DNA of 63,259 nt from Nitrospirota bacterium (GCA_016201765.1 JACQCE010000084.1:1-63259); one strand, 5' to 3'; positions 16,879-26,251 are shown, numbered from the stretch's first letter. Numbers and translations are program-made. The notes: generated from the letters alone by a model not told the origin.

Positions 16879-19329
16879 CTACCGAACAACGACGACTCCG
16901 CGGCGGGCCGTCACCGACACCGGCGCATGATCGGGGCCGGTGAACGCGCCCGGCTCCACCGTGACCGATGACGCACCCGAGGCCTTGCTTCGAAACACCA
17001 GGGTGCAGAGCACGCCCGAGCCTTGCGCGCCGCGCACGTCCGACAGACGGGTGATGCGCAGATCAATTTGGCCGGGTTCGGACGAGGGAATCGCGGAAAA
17101 CGACGTGGCCCACCCCTGCTGGCTCAACAACCCGCCTTCAACCGCATGATCAAATTCCAGCACGGCGGGATCGTAGGTCACGACAAACTCGGCCTCGGAC
17201 AAGCCCGACACCGCATCCGCCCGGATGATCATGTTCGCCTGCTGGCCTTCGGCCACCGAGAGTTGCTCCGGCGCCACGCGGATCATCGCGCTCGGAGCGG
17301 GCGGCGACAGACCAGGCAGATAGGCGCCCGAGGGAAAGGGCGGCGGCGTTCGAACAGGAGGCGGAGGCATCGGAGGCACCGGCACCTCCTGCTGGACAGG
17401 CGGTTCCGGCATCGGCGGCGGTTCGAACATCGGCGGCGGCTGGACAAACTCGCCCGAATCCCCGCCCGAACCGCCCCCACCACCCGATGCCCCGCCGAAC
17501 GACAGCCCGGAGAAGAGCGGGGCGGTCGAATAGGCCTCTTCCGTCCCCGACCAGAAGGCCAGCAGATCGTCGCCGGGCGGTTCCAGTCGTCGGACCACGT
17601 GCGGCGTGATGGTCATGATCAGATCGGTTTTCACCTTTTGCTGCTGGGTATGAGAAAACAATTTGCCAAGGAACGGAAGATCACCCAGCACGGGGATCTT
17701 GTTGGCCGATGTCCGATCCTGATCACCGATCAAGCCACCGATGACCACCGTCTCCCCGTCGTGCACATTGAGGGTCGTCTCAGCCGTCCGGTTGCCAAAT
17801 TTGAACTGTTTGGTTTCCGGAACCAAGTCGCCCAGCGTCGTCACATCAAGGCTGAGTTTCATCCGCACGTCATTGTTCAGATAAATGATCGGCTCAATGC
17901 TCACCTTGATGCCGGTGTCCTTGTACTCCGTCGACGTCGTGACCGTGGTGCCCCCCACCGTCGTCGCCGTGCCGCTGTTGGAGCTGGACGTGCTGAGCAG
18001 AATCGGCACCTTGTCGCCGACGTTGATTTTTGCCGTGCCGCCGTTGAGCACCCGCAACCGTGGATTGACCAGGGTCTGGGCGTCGGAATCCTGCTTGATC
18101 AGATCCACCACCACCGTGGGCAGCGTCAGGAAGACGTTGCTGTTGGTCAACTTGGTGAGCTGGTTCAACGTCATGGTCCCGCCGGGAGCCGTGGCCCCAG
18201 GCGGCCCGATGCCGCCCGAGACCGTATTGCTCGGCACCAACTGCCACCCGTACGTGAGCAGTTTCGTCCGATCCACCTCGATGACTTCCACATCGAACAT
18301 CACCTCGGCCACCGCCCGGTCGTTCGCCGCGATGATCTTGGCCGCCAGGTCGAGCTTGTCGGTCGAGTCCCGCATGACGATGGCGTTCAAATCGTTGTTG
18401 ACGAACACGCGCCGCGTGTCCAGCATCGTCCGCAGCAGGTTGACCATCTCCTTGGCCGGCACCACCGACATGTAAAAGGTGCGGATCTGCAGATCTTCGT
18501 ACTGGTTCGCCTTGGCCTTGGTCTTGGGCGCGATCAGAATCGTTTTCTCATTGATCCGCTTCATGAACAGATTGTTGGTGGCCAGGATCAGGTTCACCGC
18601 CTGGGGAAACGAGGCGTCCTTGAGGAAGACGGTGACCGGATCGTCGCGCACGTCCCGATCGAATAAGATATTGATGCCGTAACTCTTGGAGAGCAACTCG
18701 AACACTTCCTTCAGGCGGGCGCCCTGGAATTTGATCGTGATCGGTTCCTTCGAGCTCAGGGCCAGCCCCTCTGCCGAGTTGGCCGTCCGCTTTCGTTCGG
18801 TCAGCTGCATGACCGCCTGCTGGGCGTCGACCAGCGACGGGTTTTTCTCCAACGCTGATTCGAATTCGGCCAGCGCCTCGTCCAGCCGGCCGGCCTTCAT
18901 CAACTGGCGGCCGGCGGCCACGCTGACATCGGCCTGCCGGGCCTGCACCGCCTCGTCAAACGCGGCACGGTGCTCCGGCTTGGCGGGGTCATACGCAATC
19001 GCCCGCTTGAACTCATCGAGCGCCGGCTCGATCTGGTGGTCTTTCAGGAGCGTCCGGCCCCGTTCGTAATGGATGGTGGCGGCCTTGAGCCGGGCCTGGT
19101 CCAACTGCCGGCGCAATGCGGGGTCATCAGGAGAGCCCTTGACGGCTTGCTCGTACAGGACGACGGCGCCGTCCCAATTACCGGCCGCGCCGAGCTGGTC
19201 GGCCAGCCGTGTCTCCCGGTTGGCCAGGCAGCCGGCGACCATGAGGGCCGCGACGCCGCACACAAACAGCGACCGCCCCCGCCGCAGGCCACGCCACAGG
19301 ATGGATCGTCGAGCCATCGACGACATCAT
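16879..19329 (-). CDS. lipoprotein secretin with N-terminal TPR region and a C-terminal Pro-rich linker plus cohesin-like domain
   Basis: Lipobox LMVAGC and TPR-like repeats. STN/Secretin_N modules (ITIKFQGARLKEVFELL..., LQIRTFYMSVVPAKEMVNLL...). Secretin core (VVIGGLIGDQDRTSANKIPVLGDLPFLGKLFS). Then a G/P-rich linker and a 135-aa beta-rich domain (FVVTYDPAVLEFDHAV...GVLCTLVFRSKASG). Confidence 0.8.
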   Translation of the reverse strand: MMSSMARRSILWRGLRRGRSLFVCGVAALMVAGCLANRETRLADQLGAAGNWDGAVVLYEQAVKGSPDDPALRRQLDQARLKAATIHYERGRTLLKDHQIEPALDEFKRAIAYDPAKPEHRAAFDEAVQARQADVSVAAGRQLMKAGRLDEALAEFESALEKNPSLVDAQQAVMQLTERKRTANSAEGLALSSKEPITIKFQGARLKEVFELLSKSYGINILFDRDVRDDPVTVFLKDASFPQAVNLILATNNLFMKRINEKTILIAPKTKAKANQYEDLQIRTFYMSVVPAKEMVNLLRTMLDTRRVFVNNDLNAIVMRDSTDKLDLAAKIIAANDRAVAEVMFDVEVIEVDRTKLLTYGWQLVPSNTVSGGIGPPGATAPGGTMTLNQLTKLTNSNVFLTLPTVVVDLIKQDSDAQTLVNPRLRVLNGGTAKINVGDKVPILLSTSSSNSGTATTVGGTTVTTSTEYKDTGIKVSIEPIIYLNNDVRMKLSLDVTTLGDLVPETKQFKFGNRTAETTLNVHDGETVVIGGLIGDQDRTSANKIPVLGDLPFLGKLFSHTQQQKVKTDLIMTITPHVVRRLEPPGDDLLAFWSGTEEAYSTAPLFSGLSFGGASGGGGGSGGDSGEFVQPPPMFEPPPMPEPPVQQEVPVPPMPPPPVRTPPPFPSGAYLPGLSPPAPSAMIRVAPEQLSVAEGQQANMIIRADAVSGLSEAEFVVTYDPAVLEFDHAVEGGLLSQQGWATSFSAIPSSEPGQIDLRITRLSDVRGAQGSGVLCTLVFRSKASGASSVTVEPGAFTGPDHAPVSVTARRGVVVVR

Positions 19330-19368
19330 ACCACGCCCCTCCGGCCTGTCAAGGCAGGCCGCCGTGCG

Positions 19369-20292
19369 TTACTGCAGGAATTGCCTGAAGTAATCGGCCG
19401 TGCGCCGCAGCCCCTCTTCCAACGTCACCCTGGGCGCCCAGTCCGTCGCTTTGCGCAGTCGAGACGCGTCCAGACAGCTGCGGGCGACCTCGCCGGAGAT
19501 CTCCGGCCCGTGCTGCTCGCGCACATCGGCACCCACCGCCCGCTTGAGCAGGGCACAGAGGTCGTTGACCGACGTTTCCTGCCCCGTCCCGACGTTGAAC
19601 ACCCCCTCCTGCCCGCTGTGCAGGACAGCCATGTTGGCGTCCACGATATCATCGACAAAAATGAAATCGCGCGTCTGCCGGCCGGTGCCGTTGATCAACG
19701 GCGGCTCGCCGCGCAGCAGTTTTTGCGTGAACACCGCCACGACGCCGGCCTCCCCGAAGGGATCCTGCCGAGGGCCGTAGACATTGCTGTACCGAAGACA
19801 GGCCGTCGCCAGCCCCGAACTTTGCCGGAAATAGTAGAGAAAATGCTCGCCGGCCAGCTTGCTCACCCCGTACGGGTTCAACGGATGGGCGGGATGCTCT
19901 TCCGTGGCGGGAAAGGTTTGCTGTTCGCCGTAGACGGCCCCGCCGGAGGAGGCGAAGACCACGCGCCGGACGCCGTATTTGACCGACAATTGCAGGACGT
20001 TGAGCAGTCCGAGAATGTTCACCTGGGCGTCGAACAGCGGATCCTTGACCGACCGGCGGACATTGATCTGGGCCGCATGATGGCTGATGATTTCCGGCCG
20101 TTCCTTTTTGAAGACCCGTTCCAGTTTCGTGCTGAGAATGTCGGCTTTGTAAAAATGCGCCTTCGGATTGACCCGTTTGCGCTTGCCGGTGGACAGATCG
20201 TCCACCACCGACACCTCGTAATTCTCCTCCACCAGCCGGTCCACCAAATGAGACCCGATAAAACCCGCGCCACCCGTCACCAACACCCTCAC
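19369..20292 (-). CDS. NAD-dependent epimerase/dehydratase (UDP-glucose 4-epimerase-like)
   Basis: VLVTGGAGFIGSHLVDRL Rossmann motif and YGVSKLAGE catalytic YxxxK. GTG 20292 overlaps the tlyA stop (GTGA). Confidence 0.85.
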   Translation of the reverse strand: MRVLVTGGAGFIGSHLVDRLVEENYEVSVVDDLSTGKRKRVNPKAHFYKADILSTKLERVFKKERPEIISHHAAQINVRRSVKDPLFDAQVNILGLLNVLQLSVKYGVRRVVFASSGGAVYGEQQTFPATEEHPAHPLNPYGVSKLAGEHFLYYFRQSSGLATACLRYSNVYGPRQDPFGEAGVVAVFTQKLLRGEPPLINGTGRQTRDFIFVDDIVDANMAVLHSGQEGVFNVGTGQETSVNDLCALLKRAVGADVREQHGPEISGEVARSCLDASRLRKATDWAPRVTLEEGLRRTADYFRQFLQ

Positions 20293-21152
20293 GATTCCAC
20301 TCCTCCCGCCTGCGATCCGCCGGCCTGACTCTCCCATTGCAGCCACAAAAAACATTCCTGATTCCCCTTCGGACCCGGCAGGACGCTCGGCGCGCTCGCC
20401 GCCACGCGATAGCCCGCCTCCACCGCGGCGGCGGCCACCTGCCGGAGGGCCGACTCACGCAACGCCGGATCGCGCACGACCCCGCCCCGGCCCACCTGAC
20501 CGCGTCCGACTTCAAACTGCGGCTTGACCAGCACCAGCAGATCGGCCGCATCGGCCAGCCACGCCCGCAGCACGGGCAGCACCAGCCGGAGCGAGATGAA
20601 CGACACGTCCGCCGTCACCAACCCCACCCGCTCCGGCACAACGCCCGGCGCCCCCGTCGCCCCCGGCTCCATTGTCCGGATATTCGTCCGTTCGATGACC
20701 ACGACGCGGGGATCCTGCCGGAGCGACCAGGCCAGCTGGCCGTAGCCGACATCCACCGCATAGACCCGCCCCGCCCCGTGCTGGAGCAAACAATCCGTAA
20801 AGCCGCCCGTCGAGGCGCCCACATCCATCGCCACCCGACCGGCCACGGACAGGCCGAACGCGGCCAGCGCACCCTCCAGTTTGACCCCGCCCCGGCTGAC
20901 ATACCGCGGCCCGCCGTCCACCGTCACATCCGCATCGGTCGCCACGCGGGCGCCCGGTTTGTCGATCACACGGTCGGCCACCCGCACCGAGCCGCCCATG
21001 ACCAGACGCCGGGCCTGCTCCCGGCTGGTCGCGCAGCCCCGTTCCACCAGCAACTGATCGAGCCGCATCATCGACAAACCAGCCGCCCGACCACCACCCG
21101 GCGCCGCACCCAGCACGGCGATCGCCCCCGACCCGGACGGCTTACGCCTCAC
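20289..21152 (-). CDS. tlyA: TlyA-family rRNA 2'-O-methyltransferase
   Basis: S4 domain MRLDQLLVERGCATSREQARRLV, YVSRGGVKLEGAL and the SAM motif MDVGASTGGFTDCLL. The start may be the internal MM at 21071. Confidence 0.85.
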   Translation of the reverse strand: MRRKPSGSGAIAVLGAAPGGGRAAGLSMMRLDQLLVERGCATSREQARRLVMGGSVRVADRVIDKPGARVATDADVTVDGGPRYVSRGGVKLEGALAAFGLSVAGRVAMDVGASTGGFTDCLLQHGAGRVYAVDVGYGQLAWSLRQDPRVVVIERTNIRTMEPGATGAPGVVPERVGLVTADVSFISLRLVLPVLRAWLADAADLLVLVKPQFEVGRGQVGRGGVVRDPALRESALRQVAAAAVEAGYRVAASAPSVLPGPKGNQECFLWLQWESQAGGSQAGGVES

Positions 21153-21532
21153 TGTTTCCTCCGGTCGCCGACGGTGTCCCCATCGGAGTCGTCCTCATCG
21201 TCCACTCCGTCGGTCTCGTCCTCATCGTCATCGCCGCCCGAGTCTTCCTCGTCGTCCTCGTCGTCGTCCTCGTCACCCTCAAAACCGTCACCGGGACGGC
21301 CCCGCCCCGGGCGATCCGAGAAGGGCTGCAGCCGTTTCTTGCCGTCCTTGTCCGTCACCAGGATTTCGACCTTGCGTTCGGCCTCCTCCAGCATTTTCAT
21401 GCACTGTTTGGACAGTCTGATTCCCTCTTCAAACCGTTTGAGGGAGTCCTCCAGCGACAGGTCGCCCTGTTCCAGCGCCCGGACGATGCCTTCCAACCGG
21501 CCCAGCGCTTCTTCGAATTTTCCCGCGGCCAT
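21149..21532 (-). CDS. xseB: exodeoxyribonuclease VII small subunit with a long acidic C-terminal tail
   Basis: FEEALGRLEGIVRALEQGDLSLEDSLKRFEEGIRLSKQC is the canonical XseB core. ATG 21532. The tail GDEDDDEDDEEDSGGDDDEDETDGVDDEDDSDGD is unusual. Confidence 0.85.
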   Translation of the reverse strand: MAAGKFEEALGRLEGIVRALEQGDLSLEDSLKRFEEGIRLSKQCMKMLEEAERKVEILVTDKDGKKRLQPFSDRPGRGRPGDGFEGDEDDDEDDEEDSGGDDDEDETDGVDDEDDSDGDTVGDRRKQ

Positions 21533-21579
21533 AAGTCCTCCATTATACCTGATGAAACCGGAACCCGACACACACGGCA

Positions 21580-22986
21580 CTAGGCCGATTCGGTCGCCGG
21601 CCAGGAACGCCGGCGGCGGACCTCTTCCACGTTCGCAAGCAATTCCCCTTCGTGCAACAGAATGGTGAGGCGCTCGCCCGGCGCCACGGACCCGGCCGAC
21701 CGGAGAATCCGGCCGTCGGAGAGCCGCCGGGCAATACTGTAGCCGCGGCCCAGAATCGCCAGGGGGCTCAGTCCGTGCAACTGCGCCAGCCGGTGCTCCA
21801 CCTGGGTGCGGCGCGCCTGTTCCTGCCGGCGCATCTGCCCCGTCAACCACTCCTGCAACTGACCAAGACGCCCCAGCGTCGCGCGAATCGAGTCCAGCGG
21901 CAAGCGGGCCTGAAGGCGGAGGGTCACCGCCGTCAGGCGTTCCCCCTGCCGGTTCAACACGCGGGGCAGGACAACCCGGAGCCGTTCGCCCAACTCATCC
22001 GCCCGCAGGAGCGCGGCTTCAATCGCGCGCTGCGGATCGATCAGCGCCCGGCGCTCGTGGCGGACATGCTCGCGCCGCCGTTCGATCAACAACCGACACG
22101 AGCGGACCACTTCCTGCCGGAGCTGGCTCACCCGGTCGGTCAGTTCCGCCTTGGTCCGCACGACCAGTTCCGCGGCCGCGGAGGGCGTCGGGGCGCGAAG
22201 GTCGGCCACAAAATCGGCGATGGTCACATCGGTCTCATGCCCGACCGCCGAGATGACCGGGACCGTGGAGCGGGCGATGGCGCGGGCCACCGCCTCCTCA
22301 TTGAACGCCCAGAGATCCTCCAGCGAGCCGCCGCCCCGGCCGACGATGATCACATCGGCCAGCCCCAATGCGTTCAATTCGTCGATCGCGCCGGCGATCC
22401 GGTCGGCCGCGCCCTCCCCCTGGACGGGCACGGGATTGATCACCACCTGCACGTTGGCGAAGCGGCGGGCCAGCACCGTCAGCATGTCCCGGATCACCGC
22501 GCCGGTCGGCGACGTCACGATCCCCACCCGTCGGGGCAGCGCCGGCAGCGGCCGTTTGCGCGCGGCATCGAACAACCCTTCGGCGGCCAGCCGTTCCTTG
22601 AGTTGCTCGAAGGCGGCCTGCAGCGCCCCCACTCCGACCGGCTCCAGATAATCAACGATCAGCTGATAGTCGCCGCGCGGTTCATACACGGTCAGGTGGC
22701 CCCGCGCCAGGACGGCCCGGCCATCGGCCGGCACAAACTTCAGCCGGCGGCCGCCGGTGCGAAAGAGCACCGCACGCAACTGTCCGGTGCGGTCTTTGAG
22801 CGAAAAATAGAGATGGCCGGAGGGCGGGCAACGGAGGTTGGAGACCTCCCCCTCCACCCAGACGTCGCCGAACGTGGTCTCCAGTTGGACTTTGACCAGC
22901 GCCGTCAGTTCCGACACGGTCAAAATGCGCCGGCCCTGAGGCATCAGCCGTTCCTGTTGTTCCCGTGTCATGGTCGCGCGCAGCAT
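21580..22986 (-). CDS. xseA: exodeoxyribonuclease VII large subunit
   Basis: OB fold (LTVSELTALVKVQLETTFGDVWVEGEVSNL...GHLYFSLKD) and the catalytic region GIVTSPTGAVIRD. Start at ATG 22986 or 22971. Confidence 0.85.
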   Translation of the reverse strand: MLRATMTREQQERLMPQGRRILTVSELTALVKVQLETTFGDVWVEGEVSNLRCPPSGHLYFSLKDRTGQLRAVLFRTGGRRLKFVPADGRAVLARGHLTVYEPRGDYQLIVDYLEPVGVGALQAAFEQLKERLAAEGLFDAARKRPLPALPRRVGIVTSPTGAVIRDMLTVLARRFANVQVVINPVPVQGEGAADRIAGAIDELNALGLADVIIVGRGGGSLEDLWAFNEEAVARAIARSTVPVISAVGHETDVTIADFVADLRAPTPSAAAELVVRTKAELTDRVSQLRQEVVRSCRLLIERRREHVRHERRALIDPQRAIEAALLRADELGERLRVVLPRVLNRQGERLTAVTLRLQARLPLDSIRATLGRLGQLQEWLTGQMRRQEQARRTQVEHRLAQLHGLSPLAILGRGYSIARRLSDGRILRSAGSVAPGERLTILLHEGELLANVEEVRRRRSWPATESA

Positions 22987-22989
22987 GGG

Positions 22990-23048
22990 GAAATTGGGAC
23001 GTGTCCCTATTCTTGCCACGGGTGAATCCATTCAACGGACCCACTACC
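22990..23048. repeat. half copy (right arm) of the GGGACACGTCCC palindromic repeat element
   Basis: GAAATTGGGACGTGTCCCTATTCTTGCCACGGGTGAATCCATTCAACGGACCCACTACC aligns with the right half of the full copy at 45419-45557. Confidence 0.8.
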
Positions 23049-23115
23049 TGATTGCCGTATTCTCAACTACCATTTTCGACTGGGACGTGTTAGAACTACC
23101 TGACGACCGCTCCCC

Positions 23116-24858
23116 ATGGCCCGCCCGTTGCCTCAAATTTCCCGCCTGCTCGCCTTTATCCGTCCCTACCTCGCCTCGATGGCGATTGCGGCCGTGTTGC
23201 TGATGGGGGTGGCCGGGTTGAATCTGGCCATGCTCTGGATGACGCGTGACGTCATCAATTCGCTTTCCGGTCACGCGCCGATTCCCCGGCTGAACACGGC
23301 CATCGTCGCCATTGTCCTGCTGTTGGCCGTGCACTCCGTGCTTACGATGGGCCACAGTTACCTGGTCGCGGCGATCGGGCAGCGGGTGGTCAGGGATTTT
23401 CGGGTTCATCTGTTCACCCATCTGGCGGGGCTGTCGATCAGTTTTTTCAACCGGCGCCGGACCGGCGAGCTCATCTCCCGGCTGACCAACGATGTGCAGG
23501 TGATCCAGCGTTTTACGACCGAGGTCCCCATCAATCTGGCCAAGCAGGTCGTCACACTCGTCGGCGGCCTGGGGATGCTCTTCTACATCAACTGGCGCCT
23601 CTGTTTGTTGATCCTGGGCGTGCTGCCCCTGATCGCGCTGACCGGCCTGTTGTTCGGCCGCCGCCTCAAAAAACTCTCCACCGTCATCCAGGACCGTACG
23701 GCTGAAACCACCACTGTCCTGGAAGAGGCGCTCTCCGGCATCCGCGTGGTCAAATCATTCGTCGCCGAAGCCCATGAAGCCGGGCGGTTCGGCCACCAGG
23801 TGGAGCAGACGACCCGCGCCGCGCTGAGTCGGGCCGCCGTCCTGTCGATCTTCATTCCCATCATCACATTTTGCACCTTCGGGTCGGGCGCGGCCATTCT
23901 CTGGTACGGCGCCCGGCAGGTGCAGGCCAATGTGTTGACGCCGGGCGATTTGATCGTCTTTTTGCTGACGATGGGCATTCTGATCGGCCCCTTTGGCGCC
24001 TTCGCCCACCTTTTTTCGCAGATCAAAGAGATGCAGGGCGCCACCCAGCGGGTCTTTGAGATTCTGGACCTGGCTCCGGAGGTCATCGACCAGCCCGGCG
24101 CCAATCCGCTGCCGCCGATCGAGGGGCGGGTCGTGTTCGACCGCGTCAGCTTTCAGTACACGTCGGACGCCCCGGTCCTGGAGGAGATCGCCTTCGAGGC
24201 CAGACCCGGCGAGCTGGTCGCGCTGGTCGGCCCCAGCGGCGCGGGGAAAAGCACGCTCATCCAGTTGCTGCACCGTTTCTATGATCCGACCAAGGGACGC
24301 ATCGAGATCGACGGCCATGACATCCGCGCGGTCCAACTGGCGTCGCTGTACCGGCAAATCGGCCTCGTCCCCCAGGAAACGCACCTGTTCGGCGGCACGA
24401 TCCGCGAGAACATTCTGTACGGCCGGCTGACCGCCACGGAAGAGGAGATGATCGCCGCCGCGCGTGCGGCCAACATCCACACCTTCATCGCCGATCTGCC
24501 GAAGGGGTACGACACGATCGTCGGGGAGAAGGGGCTGATGCTGTCGGCGGGACAACGGCAGCGGGTGTCGATCGCGCGGGCCATTTTGAAAAACCCCCGT
24601 CTCCTGCTGCTGGACGAGGCGACGTCGTCGCTCGACAACGAGTCCGAAGCGCTCATCCAGGAGGCGCTGGAACGGCTCATGAAGGGGCGGACCACCTTCG
24701 CCATCGCGCATCGGCTGACGACCATCCAGAACGCCCACCGCATCCTGGTGATTGAAAAGGGGCGGCTGGTGGAGCAGGGCACGCACCAGGAACTGCTGGC
24801 CCGCAAGGGCCTCTATCATCATTTGTACACGATGCGGCTGGCCGGCGTGGAGTTGTAA
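23116..24858 (+). CDS. ABC exporter, fused permease/ATPase (MsbA-like)
   Basis: Six-TM domain followed by Walker A GPSGAGKST, signature LSAGQRQRVSIARA and Walker B LLLLDEATSSLD. Confidence 0.9.
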   Translation: MARPLPQISRLLAFIRPYLASMAIAAVLLMGVAGLNLAMLWMTRDVINSLSGHAPIPRLNTAIVAIVLLLAVHSVLTMGHSYLVAAIGQRVVRDFRVHLFTHLAGLSISFFNRRRTGELISRLTNDVQVIQRFTTEVPINLAKQVVTLVGGLGMLFYINWRLCLLILGVLPLIALTGLLFGRRLKKLSTVIQDRTAETTTVLEEALSGIRVVKSFVAEAHEAGRFGHQVEQTTRAALSRAAVLSIFIPIITFCTFGSGAAILWYGARQVQANVLTPGDLIVFLLTMGILIGPFGAFAHLFSQIKEMQGATQRVFEILDLAPEVIDQPGANPLPPIEGRVVFDRVSFQYTSDAPVLEEIAFEARPGELVALVGPSGAGKSTLIQLLHRFYDPTKGRIEIDGHDIRAVQLASLYRQIGLVPQETHLFGGTIRENILYGRLTATEEEMIAAARAANIHTFIADLPKGYDTIVGEKGLMLSAGQRQRVSIARAILKNPRLLLLDEATSSLDNESEALIQEALERLMKGRTTFAIAHRLTTIQNAHRILVIEKGRLVEQGTHQELLARKGLYHHLYTMRLAGVEL

Positions 24859-24864
24859 ACCCCA

Positions 24865-26082
24865 ATGGAAGATCGATTCACACCCCTGTTCTCGGTCGCG
24901 TGCGGCCTGTGGCTGGTGGGCGCCGCCGGCTGCACGAGACCGCCCGCCGATGAAGGGCCGCCGATCTTTCAGGCGCCGGTGCACTATCATGTCGGGCTGA
25001 ATCCCATATCGATTCTGACAGCCGATCTGAACGGCGACGGCCGGCCGGATCTGATCACCACCAATCTCAACAGCAACAACGTGTCGGTCCTGCTGGGGCG
25101 GCCGGTCCCGCCCGCCCGGCAAACCAGCCAGGAGGGGGAAGCCGGGCTCCTGTTCAATGAGCACGTCATGTACGATGTGGGGGCGCGGCCGCGGACGGCG
25201 GCGTTGGGCGACTTTAATCGCGACGGCCGCCTGGATCTGGCGGTGGCCAACAATCAAAGCGACGATCTGTCGATTCTGCTGGGCAGGGGCGACGGCACGT
25301 TCGGAAGCGCCACCACGCTCCCCGCCGGACGGTCGCCCCTGGCGATCGAGGCGGGTGATTTAAACCACGACGGGGTCGCCGACCTGGTCGTGGCGCTGCG
25401 CTTTGATCATTTGCTGGTCTATCTCGGACGGGGTGATGGCAGCTTCGCGCCGCCGGTCAATTACGATCCCGGCGACACGCCCACGGCCGTGCTGTTGAGC
25501 GACCTCAACGGGGACGGCCACTTGGACGTCGTCGTCTCCAACAACGGCCCGATGACCAGCAGCGTCGCCCTCTTCTGGGGCTCGGCCACCGGCGCGCTGG
25601 AAGCGGGACCGCGCTACGCTGCGAAGAAGCAGCCGCTTTTTTCCGCTGTGGGGCGCTTGAACGACGACACCCATCCGGATCTGATCGCGGTGACACCCTT
25701 TGCCAATAGCCTGATGGTGTTTTTCGGCGACGGCCGGGGACCGTTTGCGGAACCGCCGACCCAGCTCAGCACCGATGTCGAGCCGGTCGCCGTCGCGATC
25801 GGCGATTTCAACGGGGACGGCCACGGTGACCTGGCGGTCACGAATTCGGGCAGCAGCGCCATTTCCATCCTGCTGGGTGACGGCAACGGCCACTTCCGGA
25901 AACCCCAGTTGTATCGGGCCGACAGCCGGCCGATGGGGCTGGTTGCGCTGGATCTGGACGGCAACGGGTTGACCGACTTGGCGATTGTGAACAACTTTTC
26001 GAACAACGTCTCGGTGCTGATGGCCCTCCCGCCCCAGGCCGCTCCACGGCCGGCGGCAACGGCGCCACCGGTATCACCGTAA
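24865..26082 (+). CDS. FG-GAP/VCBS repeat lipoprotein (beta-propeller)
   Basis: Lipobox LVGAAGC. About seven repeats of DLNGDGxxDLxxxN....vSvLLGxGdGtF. Confidence 0.75.
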   Translation: MEDRFTPLFSVACGLWLVGAAGCTRPPADEGPPIFQAPVHYHVGLNPISILTADLNGDGRPDLITTNLNSNNVSVLLGRPVPPARQTSQEGEAGLLFNEHVMYDVGARPRTAALGDFNRDGRLDLAVANNQSDDLSILLGRGDGTFGSATTLPAGRSPLAIEAGDLNHDGVADLVVALRFDHLLVYLGRGDGSFAPPVNYDPGDTPTAVLLSDLNGDGHLDVVVSNNGPMTSSVALFWGSATGALEAGPRYAAKKQPLFSAVGRLNDDTHPDLIAVTPFANSLMVFFGDGRGPFAEPPTQLSTDVEPVAVAIGDFNGDGHGDLAVTNSGSSAISILLGDGNGHFRKPQLYRADSRPMGLVALDLDGNGLTDLAIVNNFSNNVSVLMALPPQAAPRPAATAPPVSP

Positions 26083-26083
26083 A

Positions 26084-26140
26084 GGGTCAAGGGGCAGGGG
26101 TCAAGGAAAAGAGTTGGAAGCAACCCTCACTTATCGCCGG
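26084..26140. repeat. heptanucleotide-periodic low-complexity tract
   Basis: GGGTCAA GGGGCAG GGGTCAA GGAAAAG AGTTGGA AGCAACC CTCACTT. It shares GTAAAGGGTCA(A)GGGG and CCCTCACTT strings with the tract at the right window edge. Confidence 0.6.
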
Positions 26141-26207
26141 GTCAAGAGAATGGTGATTCTCTGATCTGGAGTCGGTTTATTCGTCGCGCCCGCCGGCGCT
26201 CGCTCAA

Positions 26208-26237
26208 GTCAGGGGGAGTCACCGCCCTCCCCCTGAC
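26208..26237. terminator. GC-rich hairpin between convergent genes (bidirectional terminator candidate)
   Basis: GTCAGGGGGAG-8 nt-CTCCCCCTGAC, an 11-bp perfect stem. No clear U tract. Confidence 0.45.
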
Positions 26238-26251
26238 AACCCCCAGCGGCC

